A stretch of DNA of 64,000 bases from Eledone cirrhosa (taxonomy: Eukaryota): NCBI GenBank assembly GCA_964016885.1, contig OZ024742.1:113522001-113586000 (forward strand), given 5' to 3'. This document shows, in pieces, positions 47,001 to 61,179 of this stretch. The position numbers and the translations under genes were made by a program. The notes below the pieces were generated by a model. That model did not search any database. It was not told where the DNA came from and worked only from the letters and a program-made list of their open reading frames with translations. The stretch's first letter is position 1; every line of letters begins with the position of its first letter.

Positions 47001-48380
47001 TTAAATATATAATTTGGATATTTAACTTGTAAATTTACTGATTATAATTGAACTGTAGATCATTTATGTGTTTGCATATTTAACATTTTTTACTCATTTT
47101 GAGTGTTTTGGAGACACAGAAAGTTAGATTTGCATTTATTTATTTTTTATATATATATCTAGGTATAAATATAACAAACCATAATAGTCGACACATATTG
47201 GTCTCTCTCTCCACTGAACTGGAGGTAAAACTACAATTATAGCATAAATTTCGTTTCATTATATTACAACTAATTATTTATTTATTAAATGTATACCGTT
47301 TCATTAATACCTATATTAATATCTCTAAATAGTTGTACAAATATCATTATCTAGTGTAATAACATACTCGTAGTTACATTTATAAATAATGTAGACAGTC
47401 AAATGACTCTATATTATTGTAAGTGTTTGATATTCCCTGGAAGTTCGAATTGATATAATGATTTTTACTTAATATAATTTAATTCAATTTAATTTAATTT
47501 ATTTTAATTAAATTTAGATTACCTTAGGCTTTTTCAAATATTTAGCTTCTCTTTCTATCACATTCGCTAAAATATTTTAGATGTATCTTTTGTCTACTAT
47601 ATTAAAACACTATTACATTTATAATATATTTTTTTAGTTGGGCATCTTTAAGTTTCGCAAACAATTCATTATCTTTTGTTTGTATATTTATTTTGTATCT
47701 AGCACCTATCATTAGGACTCATGTAGTTTTGACCTATATGTTTATAGTATACATTAACTAAATGAAATAATTGAGATAAAACATTAATTTATTAACACTA
47801 ATATTTAACAATTTTTTTTAACTATATATATATTCTTTAACAATATTTTCAGTAATTTATTTACTATATTATATATTATTGTATTATATTATATATATTT
47901 GAAAGGTATTACCTCAATTATAAACAAATAATAAATTATAATTCTAGTATATTTTTTTATCCGGCACATATATATAATTAAAAATTCAGACTTTTTAAAG
48001 TTTAGTTATAAGGCCGGTTGATCCTTTAGGCACTTAAACCTATTTAACCATAAATACTTTAATAATTATAACTTTAATTATTTTATGAATTATATTATAT
48101 AAACTCTTGTCAATATTATAAATAATTCTGGTAAAGATGACCTTCGTGAGGGTCTAAAAGCATTATATATTTTATTTCTAGTGTTTCGTAAATTTTTTTA
48201 ATTTGTTTTCATAAAATTTGAATATTAGAAATTAAACTTGATAGTATAATTATAATGTTAATACAAATAACTATTAACTTTTAAAACTTAAAATATTATG
48301 CATTACTCTGAAATAACTTAAATTAAATATTTTGAATATTAAGGGCCAACTATATTAATAAGGGCCAACTATATTAATAA
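44051..48380 (+). mobile_element. AT-rich PLE with inverted 5' pseudo-LTR (44051-44920 is rc of 47165-47962 + 48270-48359) and decayed ORF ~44925-46795
   Basis: KDHKRNF..APSKSDIG; KFIQMDI; DITIGSSDSAQV; GGLYRDD; NFLDVTLNL; CRNKPDCPLQNNC; YIGATS..FKSR; CNLCTKE; inverted arms read directly. Confidence 0.9.
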
Positions 48381-48384
48381 CTTC

Positions 48385-49040
48385 CTTCCGTAATTTTTAT
48401 GTGTGGCTAGACGCGGGTTGGGGGGCATTGGTAATAGGCCACCGCCGTAGTTAGGGAATCATTTTAATAGGCTGCAGCGGGTGGCGTTACCAATCGCGTA
48501 ACCCATACCATGCTGTAGGTCATCTTGGTGGCCATCCGTGTAATTAACGGTGTGGCCAAGTTCCTTAGTGTGGTTCTCTATACTATAATTATTGACGCTG
48601 TCTTTGCTGTAACGTGCTCCGTAATATGTATGGCTTACTATAACATTAGTCCTATGCTCGGATTGGTTTCTAGAGGTAGCGTTAAGGATCTAGGAGATTC
48701 CTCGGTTAAAACCGGCATTTAGTAAGGCCTTATTGTAATATTCGGCCTCTTGGTTGAAGATATGTTCATTGTCGTGGAGCCTCGAGATCCTTTGGGATAT
48801 GCTATATACTATGGAGTTAAGAGTAGACCTACTGTGGTTAGATGCATAGTTTATATAATACAGTATTTCGCCGGGCTTATGCTATGGCTTGTATAGGCCT
48901 GTGCTCAACTCCAGGGTTACGTCCAGGCTATTGACTATCTGGTGTTTGAGGTCCATGGTCATGGATAGGACATATGTCTTGAAGAACCGGTGTATACGCT
49001 TGTTAAGGTTCTCTATCCTGCGGGGGCTGTGGCCTCTCAC
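48385..49040 (-). mobile_element. Internal PLE fragment (RT thumb and linker)
   Basis: rc of 48835-48946 translates [33 protein letters not shown]; 5' end abuts (TA)n. Confidence 0.75.
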
Positions 49041-49057
49041 CGTAAATAGGGCATCGT

Positions 49058-49184
<127 letters not shown>

Positions 49185-49820
49185 TATATATTCATATATA
49201 TATATATATATAAGTATATATAACAGTGGTTATAGATACAAGGTGAACATAGAAATACCACTGAATCTATATTTAAGGGTCGGTTTTTCTATTCAGTTTT
49301 TTGCTTTTTTGAAGTCGGCAATGTGGCATTATTGAAAACATGAGATGGACAATTCTTTAAAAAAATAGACTTTTATAATCTATAGTGAGTATAAAATATT
49401 ACCTGTTTCGATGTTTTAGTAAAATTCATCTAATCAAATGTTGAGTATTACACTTAAAATGATTATTAGGGATTAAAAACTAAAAATTAAAGATTTAAAA
49501 TTAAGTGTTGAGGTAACATTTTTTCCTTTTCCTTGTTGAGTAGGAGATTTGAAGATGAACGTTGCGTATGTACCGAGAAAGGTGGTAGTGGCAGCAGCAG
49601 TGTTGGTAGTTGTGTTTCTAAATATATATATACTAGACTACCCGTGATCCGGTCACTTCAAAATATTTTTTTGTAAATCATTTTCATTTAAAAATAATGT
49701 TAAGAAAATTATAATATACATACATGTGGGTGTCTGTGATCTATATACCCTGCTCAGACACACACGCATACTCACTCACACACATTCACACACACACACA
49801 CATGTATATTTATATATATA

Positions 49821-49853
<33 letters not shown>

Positions 49854-49920
49854 AGGTATGTATACGTACATACATATATGTATACAGACGTACAGTAGTA
49901 TGTATATATATACATACATG

Positions 49921-49995
<75 letters not shown>

Positions 49996-50112
49996 GTATC
50001 GTTTTACCGAGCACTTATTATAATGATCGGTGTGTTTGTAAACAAACATCCTGAATTAAGCCGTACAGTGTTTAGCAACCATCGTTGCCGTTTAGTTCAA
50101 CACTGACAAAGG

Positions 50113-50157
50113 AACGATGTACTAGTTTCAAGCTTATTAGCTATCGTCAGCGCCGTA
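50113..50157 (-). ncRNA. Minimal hammerhead ribozyme (opposite-strand copy)
   Basis: rc: UACGGCG-CUGACGA-UAGCU-AAUA-AGCUU-GAAA-CUA-GUA-CAUCGU; one stem I mismatch. Confidence 0.7.
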
Positions 50158-50374
50158 TACATTCCTGCCAGATGATTGAACGTCTGAAAGTATATACTTT
50201 CCTTATGCATATTAACAGCTGAGCAGCCTAATTTGCCTATCGAGTGAGTTAATTGGCCGGGCGCACCGAAAAAGATAGATGGAAAAAATGAAACGTTAAT
50301 AAGAAATGTTAAAATGAAACGTTAATATGCATAAGGAAAGTATATACTTTCAGACGTCCAATCAGCTGGCAGCA

Positions 50375-50419
50375 TACGGTGCTGACGATAGCTAATAAGC
50401 TTGAAACTAGTATATCGTA
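50375..50419 (+). ncRNA. Minimal type I hammerhead ribozyme
   Basis: Stem I UACGGUG/UAUCGUA; CUGACGA; stem II U-AGCU-AAUA-AGCU-U; GAAA; palindromic stem III ACUAGU; GUA triplet. Confidence 0.8.
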
Positions 50420-50793
50420 CCTTTCTCAGTGTTGAACAAAGGGGCAACGATGGTTGCTAAAGACCGTACGGCTTAATTCGGTATGTTTTTTATAAACAAA
50501 CCACGTATTATAATAAATGCTCGGTAAATCCATAGGTACATATATATGTGTGCATGTATGTATATATATACATAATACTGTACGTCTGTATACATATATG
50601 TATGTACGTATAGATACTTATATTTAAGTAACAACCGCACTAAGAGTGAGAAATGAACTTTCGTTTCATTTTTTCCATTTAAATATATATATATATGTAT
50701 ATATGAAAAGTGTAATTTACTACACAAAACGAAGGTTATAGTGAAAATTGAGGTTGGTAATGGCACATGGAATATATAAGAGACAGAATACTT

Positions 50794-51247
50794 TTTTGTG
50801 AAAAAACATATCATTTTATAAGGTAAGGAAATAATAAAGGGTATAAGAAATGACCGGTTTCGATGGGTCTGCAAAAGCCATCTTTTCAAATGTTGATTAA
50901 TATTAAGAAAAATTAATAATAAGAAGAGTTAAAATTTGAGATTTGAAAATTCAAGTATAAAATTCATTGTGGGATTTCATACTAGTTTTCATCTTGGTAG
51001 CAGCTCGTTGACTGCTGTGTGCCTGAAAGTCAACGAGCTGCTACCAAGATGAACACTACTATGAAATCCCACAATGAATTTTATACTTGAATTTTCAAAT
51101 CTCAAATTTTAACTCTTCTTATTATTAATTTTTCTTAATATTAATCAACATTTGAAAATATGGCTTTTGCACACCCATCGAAACCGGTCATTTATTATAC
51201 CCTATATTATTTCCTTACCTTATAAAATGATATGTTTTTTCACAAAA
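50794..51247. repeat. Near-perfect 454-bp hairpin (220-bp arms, 14-nt loop 51014-51027) with a hammerhead motif in each arm
   Basis: Read directly; minus 50847-50894: AU-UUGAAAA-GAUGG..CCAUC-GAAA-CCG-GUC-AU (palindrome ACCGGU); plus copy 51147-51194. Confidence 0.85.
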
Positions 51248-51261
51248 TGTACTGAGATATT

Positions 51262-51295
<34 letters not shown>

Positions 51296-51306
<11 letters not shown>

Positions 51307-52034
51307 GAAAAGTATAGAAATTATTGGAGCAAGAAGCCAACAGTATTACATAATATATAAGTGACTATAGCGTCAACATGGAACAATAGTTAAAGTAAGA
51401 TGTGGGAAAATAATTAAAACTCAACTTAAAAAAAAAATCAGGATATAGATTCATCCACAGAATTTGGGGAAATCCAGGGAAATATCAATTAAGCCTTAAC
51501 TCAGAATAAAATAAAGTTTAAAATACTCATCCTTCAATTTGGAAAAACTACAAATGCTCTGTATGGTCTCAAATACTATTACACGAAACTTTCAGTGGGG
51601 ATGTTCACGGTTGGAGTCGATCATCAGCAGAGCTCAAATACACGATAACCAAAGGCCCACTGTTTATAATATGCCAAAAAGGGAATTTAAAAGCAGGCTT
51701 GTTCAACATCATGCGTAATTATGAAGAAAAACGCACATGTAAAGACAGAGCTGGCGACGTCAGAATTAGACGAATGCCTGTTTACATGAAACAACAGTCA
51801 AACGCATCACGAAATAAATTCTACAATATAAGGAGTTCAGCAAAAGCAATATTATCGCGGTTTTTTTTTTATAAAAGATCGGGATTAGTCACAAATTCAT
51901 TTTAAGCACTCTAGGAAAGAAATCCGAGTATAAATATAAATGAAAAGTATAGAAATTATTGGGAAATCCAGGGAAAAATCAATAGAGCCTTAATTCAGAA
52001 TAAAGTACAGTTTAAAATACTCATCCTTCAATTT
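51296..52034 (-). mobile_element. Probable pseudo-LTR remnant with partial direct duplication
   Basis: 51930-52034 equals 51296-51328 joined to 51467-51541; minus strand 51555-51635 has GCUCUG-CUGAUGA...AUA-CAGAGC (hammerhead stem I + core, rest decayed). Confidence 0.5.
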
Positions 52035-52381
52035 GTTGTGTGTGTGTATATATATATATATACACACAACAACACCTCAAGCCCTCTCTATCTCTTCTAT
52101 TCTCCATCTCTGCCTCCTCTACCTCTCTCTCAGTCTCTATTTCAATCTACTCTCTGAAACCACTATCTCTTTTACTCTATATTTCTCCCTCTTTCTCCCT
52201 CTGTTTAAGAAGTTACACGGAAATACCCTATATCTCATGTAGCCATGCTCCGTTTTTACCTGAAATTTGATTTATTCCATCTGTGTCCCCATTTCAGTGT
52301 CAACTGCCTTTCAAAGTATTTTCCCAGTATGCGCTTGTTTCACTACATTCCATTACAGACAAGCAAGAAATCACATTGGTT

Positions 52382-52470
<89 letters not shown>

Positions 52471-52471
52471 A

Positions 52472-52502
<31 letters not shown>

Positions 52503-52529
52503 GGTGGTAGTGTGTATATATATATATAT

Positions 52530-53107
52530 ATTGAAAGGATAACAAGGACGATTGATTATTCCTTCATTGCGTTTATTGATAGGTGACGCGCGTTTCGCCA
52601 CTGATCTGCTCAAGATTCGATCTGTATCGATCCTACCCGACTCAATAATCGGCAGCTCGACGGACCCTTTTAAATGCTATGAGAAAATGAAATACTTGCT
52701 ATGTGGTGATGTCAGAATTTCAAGGGTTTGACAAAATGAGTTGTTTTGATTGGTGGGAAGGATCAAGGGATGTACTGGGCTGTAGTGAATGTGGGGGTTG
52801 ATGTGATGGTGAGATGTTGCTGACGGTCGCTGGATGCGATGGGTTGTGTGTGGTGGTGGCGGGTTGGGATTGGCCTGTAGTGTATGTAGGGGTGGATGTG
52901 ATGATAAGATGGTGGTTATGGGAGTTTACGGGGATGGGCTGTGGTTTGAGGTTAGTGGGTTGTCGTTCGGGTTGGTGTGTGCGGGGTGTGGCTGTGGTGT
53001 TGCTGTATATGGTAGTGGCGTTTGTGGCGGTGCGGTGGATGTGTTGGTGGTGTGGCGTCATTGGGGAGATATATAGCTAGACGCTCTTCGTCTGACAAAT
53101 ACGTTGT

Positions 53108-53170
<63 letters not shown>

Positions 53171-53451
53171 TGTATGCTTGCGCATATATATTGACATATA
53201 TACACACGGACACACCCACATACACACACACACGCACCCATGCCCACACATGTGTGTACACACACACATACACACACATGCACTCATACACACGTACGGA
53301 TATGCGCACACGCCAACACACGTATACACAAACATACATATACACACATACACACACACATGCACATACACGCACACATATAGACACATATATATATATA
53401 CATATACATTTCACACATATATATATATATAAATATATAAATATATATATA

Positions 53452-53533
<82 letters not shown>

Positions 53534-56500
53534 TATGCATACATGCACGCACAGTTATACGCCCGTATATATGAAAAATACTTACACACAGACACATCGA
53601 TTTGCGTTGGTTCGAGAGAGGAGGTGTGTGTTGGCCGTGTTTATGAGGTATGGAGTCGTGTCTTGGGGTGGTGGTGGAGTTGTGAGCGACAACAATTACA
53701 GGTTAAAGGGTGACATAGGGAACGCAGGGGAGAAGAGTTTATGGAGGTATAGCGATGTGTGTTGTGGTCATGGTGGTGGTTGTGGTGCTGGGGTGATATC
53801 TTCGACAAAATGATTACATGATCAGAAGTTACGGTGTATTAGAGGGCAAGGCGGACGGGGCGAGGATATAACACAGTCGATCTGGAAGTGATGGATGATA
53901 TGTGTTGATGATTTTAATGATGTTAATGATTGTGGAAGTATGTGGATGTATTTAGTGGTGGCGGTGGTTGTGTGTGCGACAGTACATTTACAGGGTCGCA
54001 TTTAGCGTGGGGTTGTATGTTAGGGTAGAGAGAGGGAACATGGGGGAGATAAGGTTACGGGTGTGGATGGTAGACATATGACGATGTGTGGTATTGTGGT
54101 GCTGGCGATTGTGTGATATGATTGCCATTGTATTTAGAGGCTCAGATATTACTATGGTTTGTGAGATAAAACCTGTCAGAGAGGACCAATAAAACACAAT
54201 GTTGCAAGGATTAAGGATGTATGGCGATGTGATTTTTGGTGGGGGTGATGTATGCGGCATGATATACAAAAGAGGGGCTTAGAAATGGTTACACGCAGTA
54301 CAATAAAATAAAATAAATTCGCTGAGATGGGCGATGATTGTGGGAACGACAGTATATACCAGATAGCTTCGACATCACCATGGGATCGACTGACTCCGCA
54401 TAGGTTACAGATATAGTAGGCATATACGTCCTAAATATATTAACAGACGAGATCCCCTCCTTGGGCTGTGGTTTATATCGTCACGATGCCCTACTATTGA
54501 CCCGTGGACTCAGTAATAGACAATTAGATAGACTACACAAAATACTTAGGTACATCTTTAGGACCCAAGGATTAGCAGTAGAAATTGAACCTAACAATAG
54601 TACAGTAAACTTTTTAGATATCACCCTAGAATTAGACGCTGGCTTCTACCGTCAATTCCACAAACCTAATGAAAATCTTAAATAAGTCAACCGACACTCC
54701 AACCACCCTAGGAGCATAATTAACTCAATAGTTAAAGCGTCTCCAATGGAGTGTCCACCCTGTCGGCTAATGGAAACATATTCAACCAGCACGCGGAAAA
54801 CTACAACTCAGCATTTGTAAACGCTGCTTACACTGAGAAGATTTCTTACATCGACCCAATTAGAACCGTAACGCCACTAAACATAACCGGATCCTTAGAA
54901 ACGAACATAGGAGAAATCTCCACACTTAGGACACATAATAACCTAAGACCCTCCGTACCCGGCAGAGCAGCCAGCCTCAAACACAACTGTCAAGGAGATA
55001 AAGCCATACTCTCCAACCCCAATAAGGACTCCGACTATCGCACACGTTTGCGTAGCAATAAAGACAAACGTCATAACGCCAATAGATTACTTGGAACCCC
55101 TATGACACATACGCCTCACCAAAACACACACAAACTACCACCCAACCACAAAAACGTCACTAAACACCGCAGAAACCGAAGTAGACCTGTCACATGGTAC
55201 AACGCCCCGTATTCTATACACGTCGCCACCAATATACCAGGAACCTCCTTCAGGGCTCTCAAACAATCTTTTCCACGCACACATAAATACCACAAGCTCT
55301 TCAATAGACACACTGTAAAATTCTCTTTCTCCACAGGACCAAGTCTAGGTCACACAACAGCACACACTAATAGGGCAAAAATACGAAAACACATGGTTGC
55401 TCCACAACAAACACCACCACAACCCAGAACGAAATCACCACACACACAACACAACAGACCCACACCGCATGACACCAGCTGCCAACGTGCCACCACATCG
55501 GTTACACACAACTTCAACTGCAAAAAAACGGGCCGAATGCCCACTAAACGGGGAGTGCCTCATTAAAAACATTGTTTACCGGTGTGATGTGAAAGCCGGC
55601 AATAAGGAGTACTCATGTATAAGTGCAACATCCACTACGTTTAAGGAGCTCTGGTATAACCACAGAAGCTCCTTTAAACATAGGCTGAAACGACCCCAAA
55701 CCAGACTGGCCGATTTGATATGGGACCTCAAGGACAGGACTATTGAACCCCAGATCTCGTGGTGAGTGAAAAGACGCGTGGCACAGCTCCCCAGTGACAG
55801 AAACCACTGCAGGTGATGCCTGGCTGGGCGGCGGAAATAATTAAATTAAAATCTGGCATAAACTATAGGTCGGACATAATTGTCAATTGCAGACACACCA
55901 GGCTGGACACCTTTTCCGCACAAACATTCGGAGGAGGGCCGCGCACTAACCATGACCCAGCATAATAATAACCACCTCTGCCCCTTCTCACCATCGCCCA
56001 TCACAGCGAATTTATTTTATTGTATTGCATGTAACCATTTGTAAACCCGTTCTTTGTATATCATGCCACATACATCACCCCCACCAAAAATCACACTACC
56101 ATGACCCATCATAATAATTACCACCTCTGCCCCGTCTAACTATCCCCCATCTCAGCGAATTTATTTTATTTTATTGTACTGCATGTATCCATTTCTAAGC
56201 CCCTATTTTGTATATCATGCCGCATACATAACCCCCACCAAAAATCACACCGCCATACACTCCTCATCCTTGCAACATTGTGTTTTATCAGTCTTCTCTG
56301 ACAGGTTTTACTTTACAAATCATAGTAACATCTGATCCTGTAAATACAATGGCGATCATATACACCGTCGCCACCACCTCCACACCACACATCGTCATAT
56401 GTCTACCATCCACACCCGCAACATTAACCCCCCATGTTCCCTCTGTCTATCCTAACATACAAACCCACGTTAAATTCGACCCTATAAATCTACTGTTGCA

Positions 56501-56955
56501 CACACCACCACTGCCACCACTAAATACATCCACATAATTCAACAATCTTTAACATCATTAAAATCATCAACACATATGATCCCTCACTCCCAGATCGACT
56601 GTGTTATATCCGCCCCCTGTAGGCCTTACCCTGTAACACACCGTAACTTCTGATCATGTAATCATCTTGTCGAACATTACACCGCAGCACCACCACCACC
56701 ACCATGGCCACAACACACATCGCCATACGTCCATAAACTCTTCTCCCCTGCGTTCCCTATGTCACCCTTTAACCTGTAATTGTTGTCGCTCACAACTCCA
56801 CCACCACCACAAGACACAACTTCATACTTCATCAACACCGCCAACACACACCTCCTCTCTCGAACCAAGGCAAGTATGTGTGTCTGTGTGTAAGTATTGT
56901 TTACATATACGGGCGTGTAAACATGCGTGCGTGTATGCATATGTGTGTGTATATA

Positions 56956-56994
<39 letters not shown>

Positions 56995-57399
56995 ATGTAT
57001 AGGTATATGTATATATATGTGTGTGTGTATATGCGTGCGTATATGTGCATGTATGTGTATGTGTGTGTGTGTATGTGTGTGTATACGTGTGTGTGTGTAT
57101 GTTTATGTATACGTGTATGTGTGTGTGTGCGCGCATATCCGTACGTATGTATGAGTGTATATGAGTGTATGTATGTGTATGTCTATATGTATAACACCAT
57201 CTCCATTGGCTCTCACCTTCCTTCCATGTTTGTCCTACGCTACCCCCATATGTACGGCCCCACTCTCCCTATATGTACCCGCACGCGCGCATGCACATTC
57301 GTGTGTATATATGCATATCGGTGTGTATGTGTGTATGTATGTGGGTGTGTTCGTGTGTATATATGTCAATATATATGCGCATATATAGTTATATGTGTG

Positions 57400-57448
<49 letters not shown>

Positions 57449-57968
57449 ACAACTTATTTTTCAAACTAAGAGTCTATGTATCTCCTCAAGGACTTGATAC
57501 CACCAACACATCCACCGCACCACCACAAACACCACTACCATATACAACAACGCCACAACCACACGCCACACACGGAAACCCGTCTACCGACAACCCACTA
57601 ACCTCACACCACAGCCCATCCCAGTAAGCGACCATAACCACCATCTTATCATCACATCCACCCCTACATACACTACAGGCCAAGGGCAACCCACCACCAC
57701 CACACCACAACCCATCACATCCACCCCACATACACCACAAGCCAGTACATCCCTTTGATCCTTCCCACCAATCAAAACAATTGATTTTGTCAAACCCTTG
57801 AAATTCTGACTTTACCACATATCATGTATTTCACGTCGAGCAGCCGATTATTGAGTCGAGTAGGATCGATACAGAGCGAACCTTGAGCTGATCAGCGGCG
57901 AAACGGGCGTCAACTATCAATAAATGCAATGAAGGAGAGTATCAATCGTCCTTGTAATCCTTCCAATA
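52530..57968 (+). mobile_element. PLE with ~1.8-kb inverted pseudo-LTRs (52530-54336 / ~56140-57968) flanking a 5'-truncated decayed ORF (54360-55920)
   Basis: FDITMGSTDSA*VTDIVG; GCGLYRHD; NFLDITL; WYNAPY; ECPLNGECL; IVYRC..FKELWYNH..LADLIWDLK; arms align in reverse complement including internal microsatellites. Confidence 0.9.
55951..56250 (+). repeat. ~150-bp tandem duplication at the start of the PLE 3' region
   Basis: catgacccagcataataataaccacctctgccc...ccaccaaaaatcacac occurs at 55951 and 56100. Confidence 0.85.
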
Positions 57969-58085
57969 TATTACACTCTCTAGAGCTCTACACCTCATCA
58001 CAGAAGTGAACCTAAACATTGAGTGCTCTCACGGGTGAACCTGCAGTAACTCAAAGTTACACCCCTGGATATATAAATAAATATA

Positions 58086-58223
<138 letters not shown>

Positions 58224-58513
58224 TATATATTTATGAAAAGGATTTGTTTCGGTCTGTCATGATTTAAAGCTAACGTTCCCGTCGACATATTTGCAGTAGC
58301 TATAATCTCGAAATTTATCCAAAGTTAGTTAAGTAACATTATCTCCTTTCCTTGGAACTCTCCAAAGGCAAACTTACTGGATGTTGCAAGGCCACTCCGA
58401 TAGGCCTGTGTATATAAGATAGCAGATAGAGACTTCATGTTCATCAGTGCACGCTTTTCTGTCAAATTTCAACAAACTCCTACTACTACTACTACTACTG
58501 ATAATATCAATAG

Positions 58514-58516
58514 GAA

Positions 58517-58551
<35 letters not shown>

Positions 58552-58759
58552 AGAAGAAGAAGAAGAAGAAGAAGAAGAAGAAGAAGAAGAAGAAGAAGAA
58601 GAAGAAGAAGAAGAAGAAGAAGAAGAAGAAGAAGCAGAAGAAGAAGAAGAAGAAGCAGAAGAAGAAGAAGAAGAAGAAGAAGAAGAAGAAGAAGAAGAAG
58701 AAGAAGAAGAAGAAGAAGAAGAAGAAGAAGAAGAAGAAGAAGAAGAAGAAGAAGAAGAA
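58514..58759. repeat. (GAA)n microsatellite, ~80 units
   Basis: Directly visible. Confidence 0.97.
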
Positions 58760-59969
<1,210 letters not shown>

Positions 59970-60135
59970 GGGAAGAAGACGCACGAGGTGACGGAGGTCA
60001 TGAAATCGCTCCCGTAAGTTTTGAATTTTTAACATATTTAAATCATTTGTGAAATAACAACTCTTAGTACAAATGCTACGTAAAGCACCCGGCTTGAGCC
60101 CCAAAAAAATTCGGACCCAAAATATATTGTTATAA

Positions 60136-60790
60136 GGCTCAAATATTCAAATATTCAACTCTGTATTGTACACTGTATATCCAAAAAAAAAAAAAAGAAA
60201 ATGGCTATAAATGGAAGAAGAAGAACCCCCCCCCCTCCTCTCCTCTGGCTACACTATATAGGACAGCTAAACTCACCAACACCAGAAACTAGATACACCA
60301 CCCACCCCATCATCTGTGTACACTAAACACAACAGCATTTTCACCTTCACCGCCACCGCTCACTACGGCCATCATTACCACCACTATCCCATCACCGCCG
60401 CCACCACCCCTTGACTCCTTCACTGCTGCTGCCACCGCTACAGCACCATCACTACAGTAATACGGCTCAAATATTCAAATATTCAACTTTGTATTGTACA
60501 CTGTGTATACAAAAATAAAATAAAATGGCTATAAATGGAAGAAGAAGAACCCCCCCCCTCTCCTCTCCTCTGGCTACACTATATAGGACAGCGAAACTCA
60601 CCAACACCAGAAACTAGATACACCACCCACCCCATCATCTGTGTACACTAAACACAACAGCATTTTCACCTTCACCGCCACCGCTCACTACGGCCATCAT
60701 TGCCACCACTATCCCATCACCGCCGCCACCACCCCTTGACTCCTTCACTGCTGCTGCCACCGCTACAGCACCATCACTACAGTAATACGG
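60136..60790 (+). repeat. ~328-bp tandem duplication within a dispersed repeat (about 59990-61100)
   Basis: ggctcaaatattcaaatattcaac...cactacagtaatacgg repeated at 60136 and 60464, nearly identical. Confidence 0.92.
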
Positions 60791-61179
60791 TCGCATCACC
60801 GCCACCACTGCCTCGGTATCGACATCACCACCACCACTGTCTCAGTATTGCCAACGCCGCCAGTCTCTGCTGGCTACCACTTCCACATTATAGAATTCCT
60901 ACTACTAACAAAGAGGAAGGCATCAAAATATATAGATAGACTCAAAAGAAAAAAAGAAAAAACAAACAACAAAAGCAGCACAGCAACAACAGTAAAAAAC
61001 GAGAAAAACAGAGAAAAACAAAAACAAAAAAAAGAAACCCCAAAAACGTAAAGAAAATAAGAATGAAGAGAGAAGCAGGCGGACGGACAGAGAAGAGGGG
61101 GGAAAAAGTAAAACTTAAAAAACAAAAACTAAGTCAGACATTCGAATACTACATTACAATGAAACTTATGCTTATTCAT

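Larger units (their letters stand above)
49861..50612. mobile_element. Fold-back unit (arms 49861-50216 / 50321-50612) with a hammerhead in each arm
   Basis: Arms are reverse complements with moderate divergence; no coding remnant. Confidence 0.8.
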
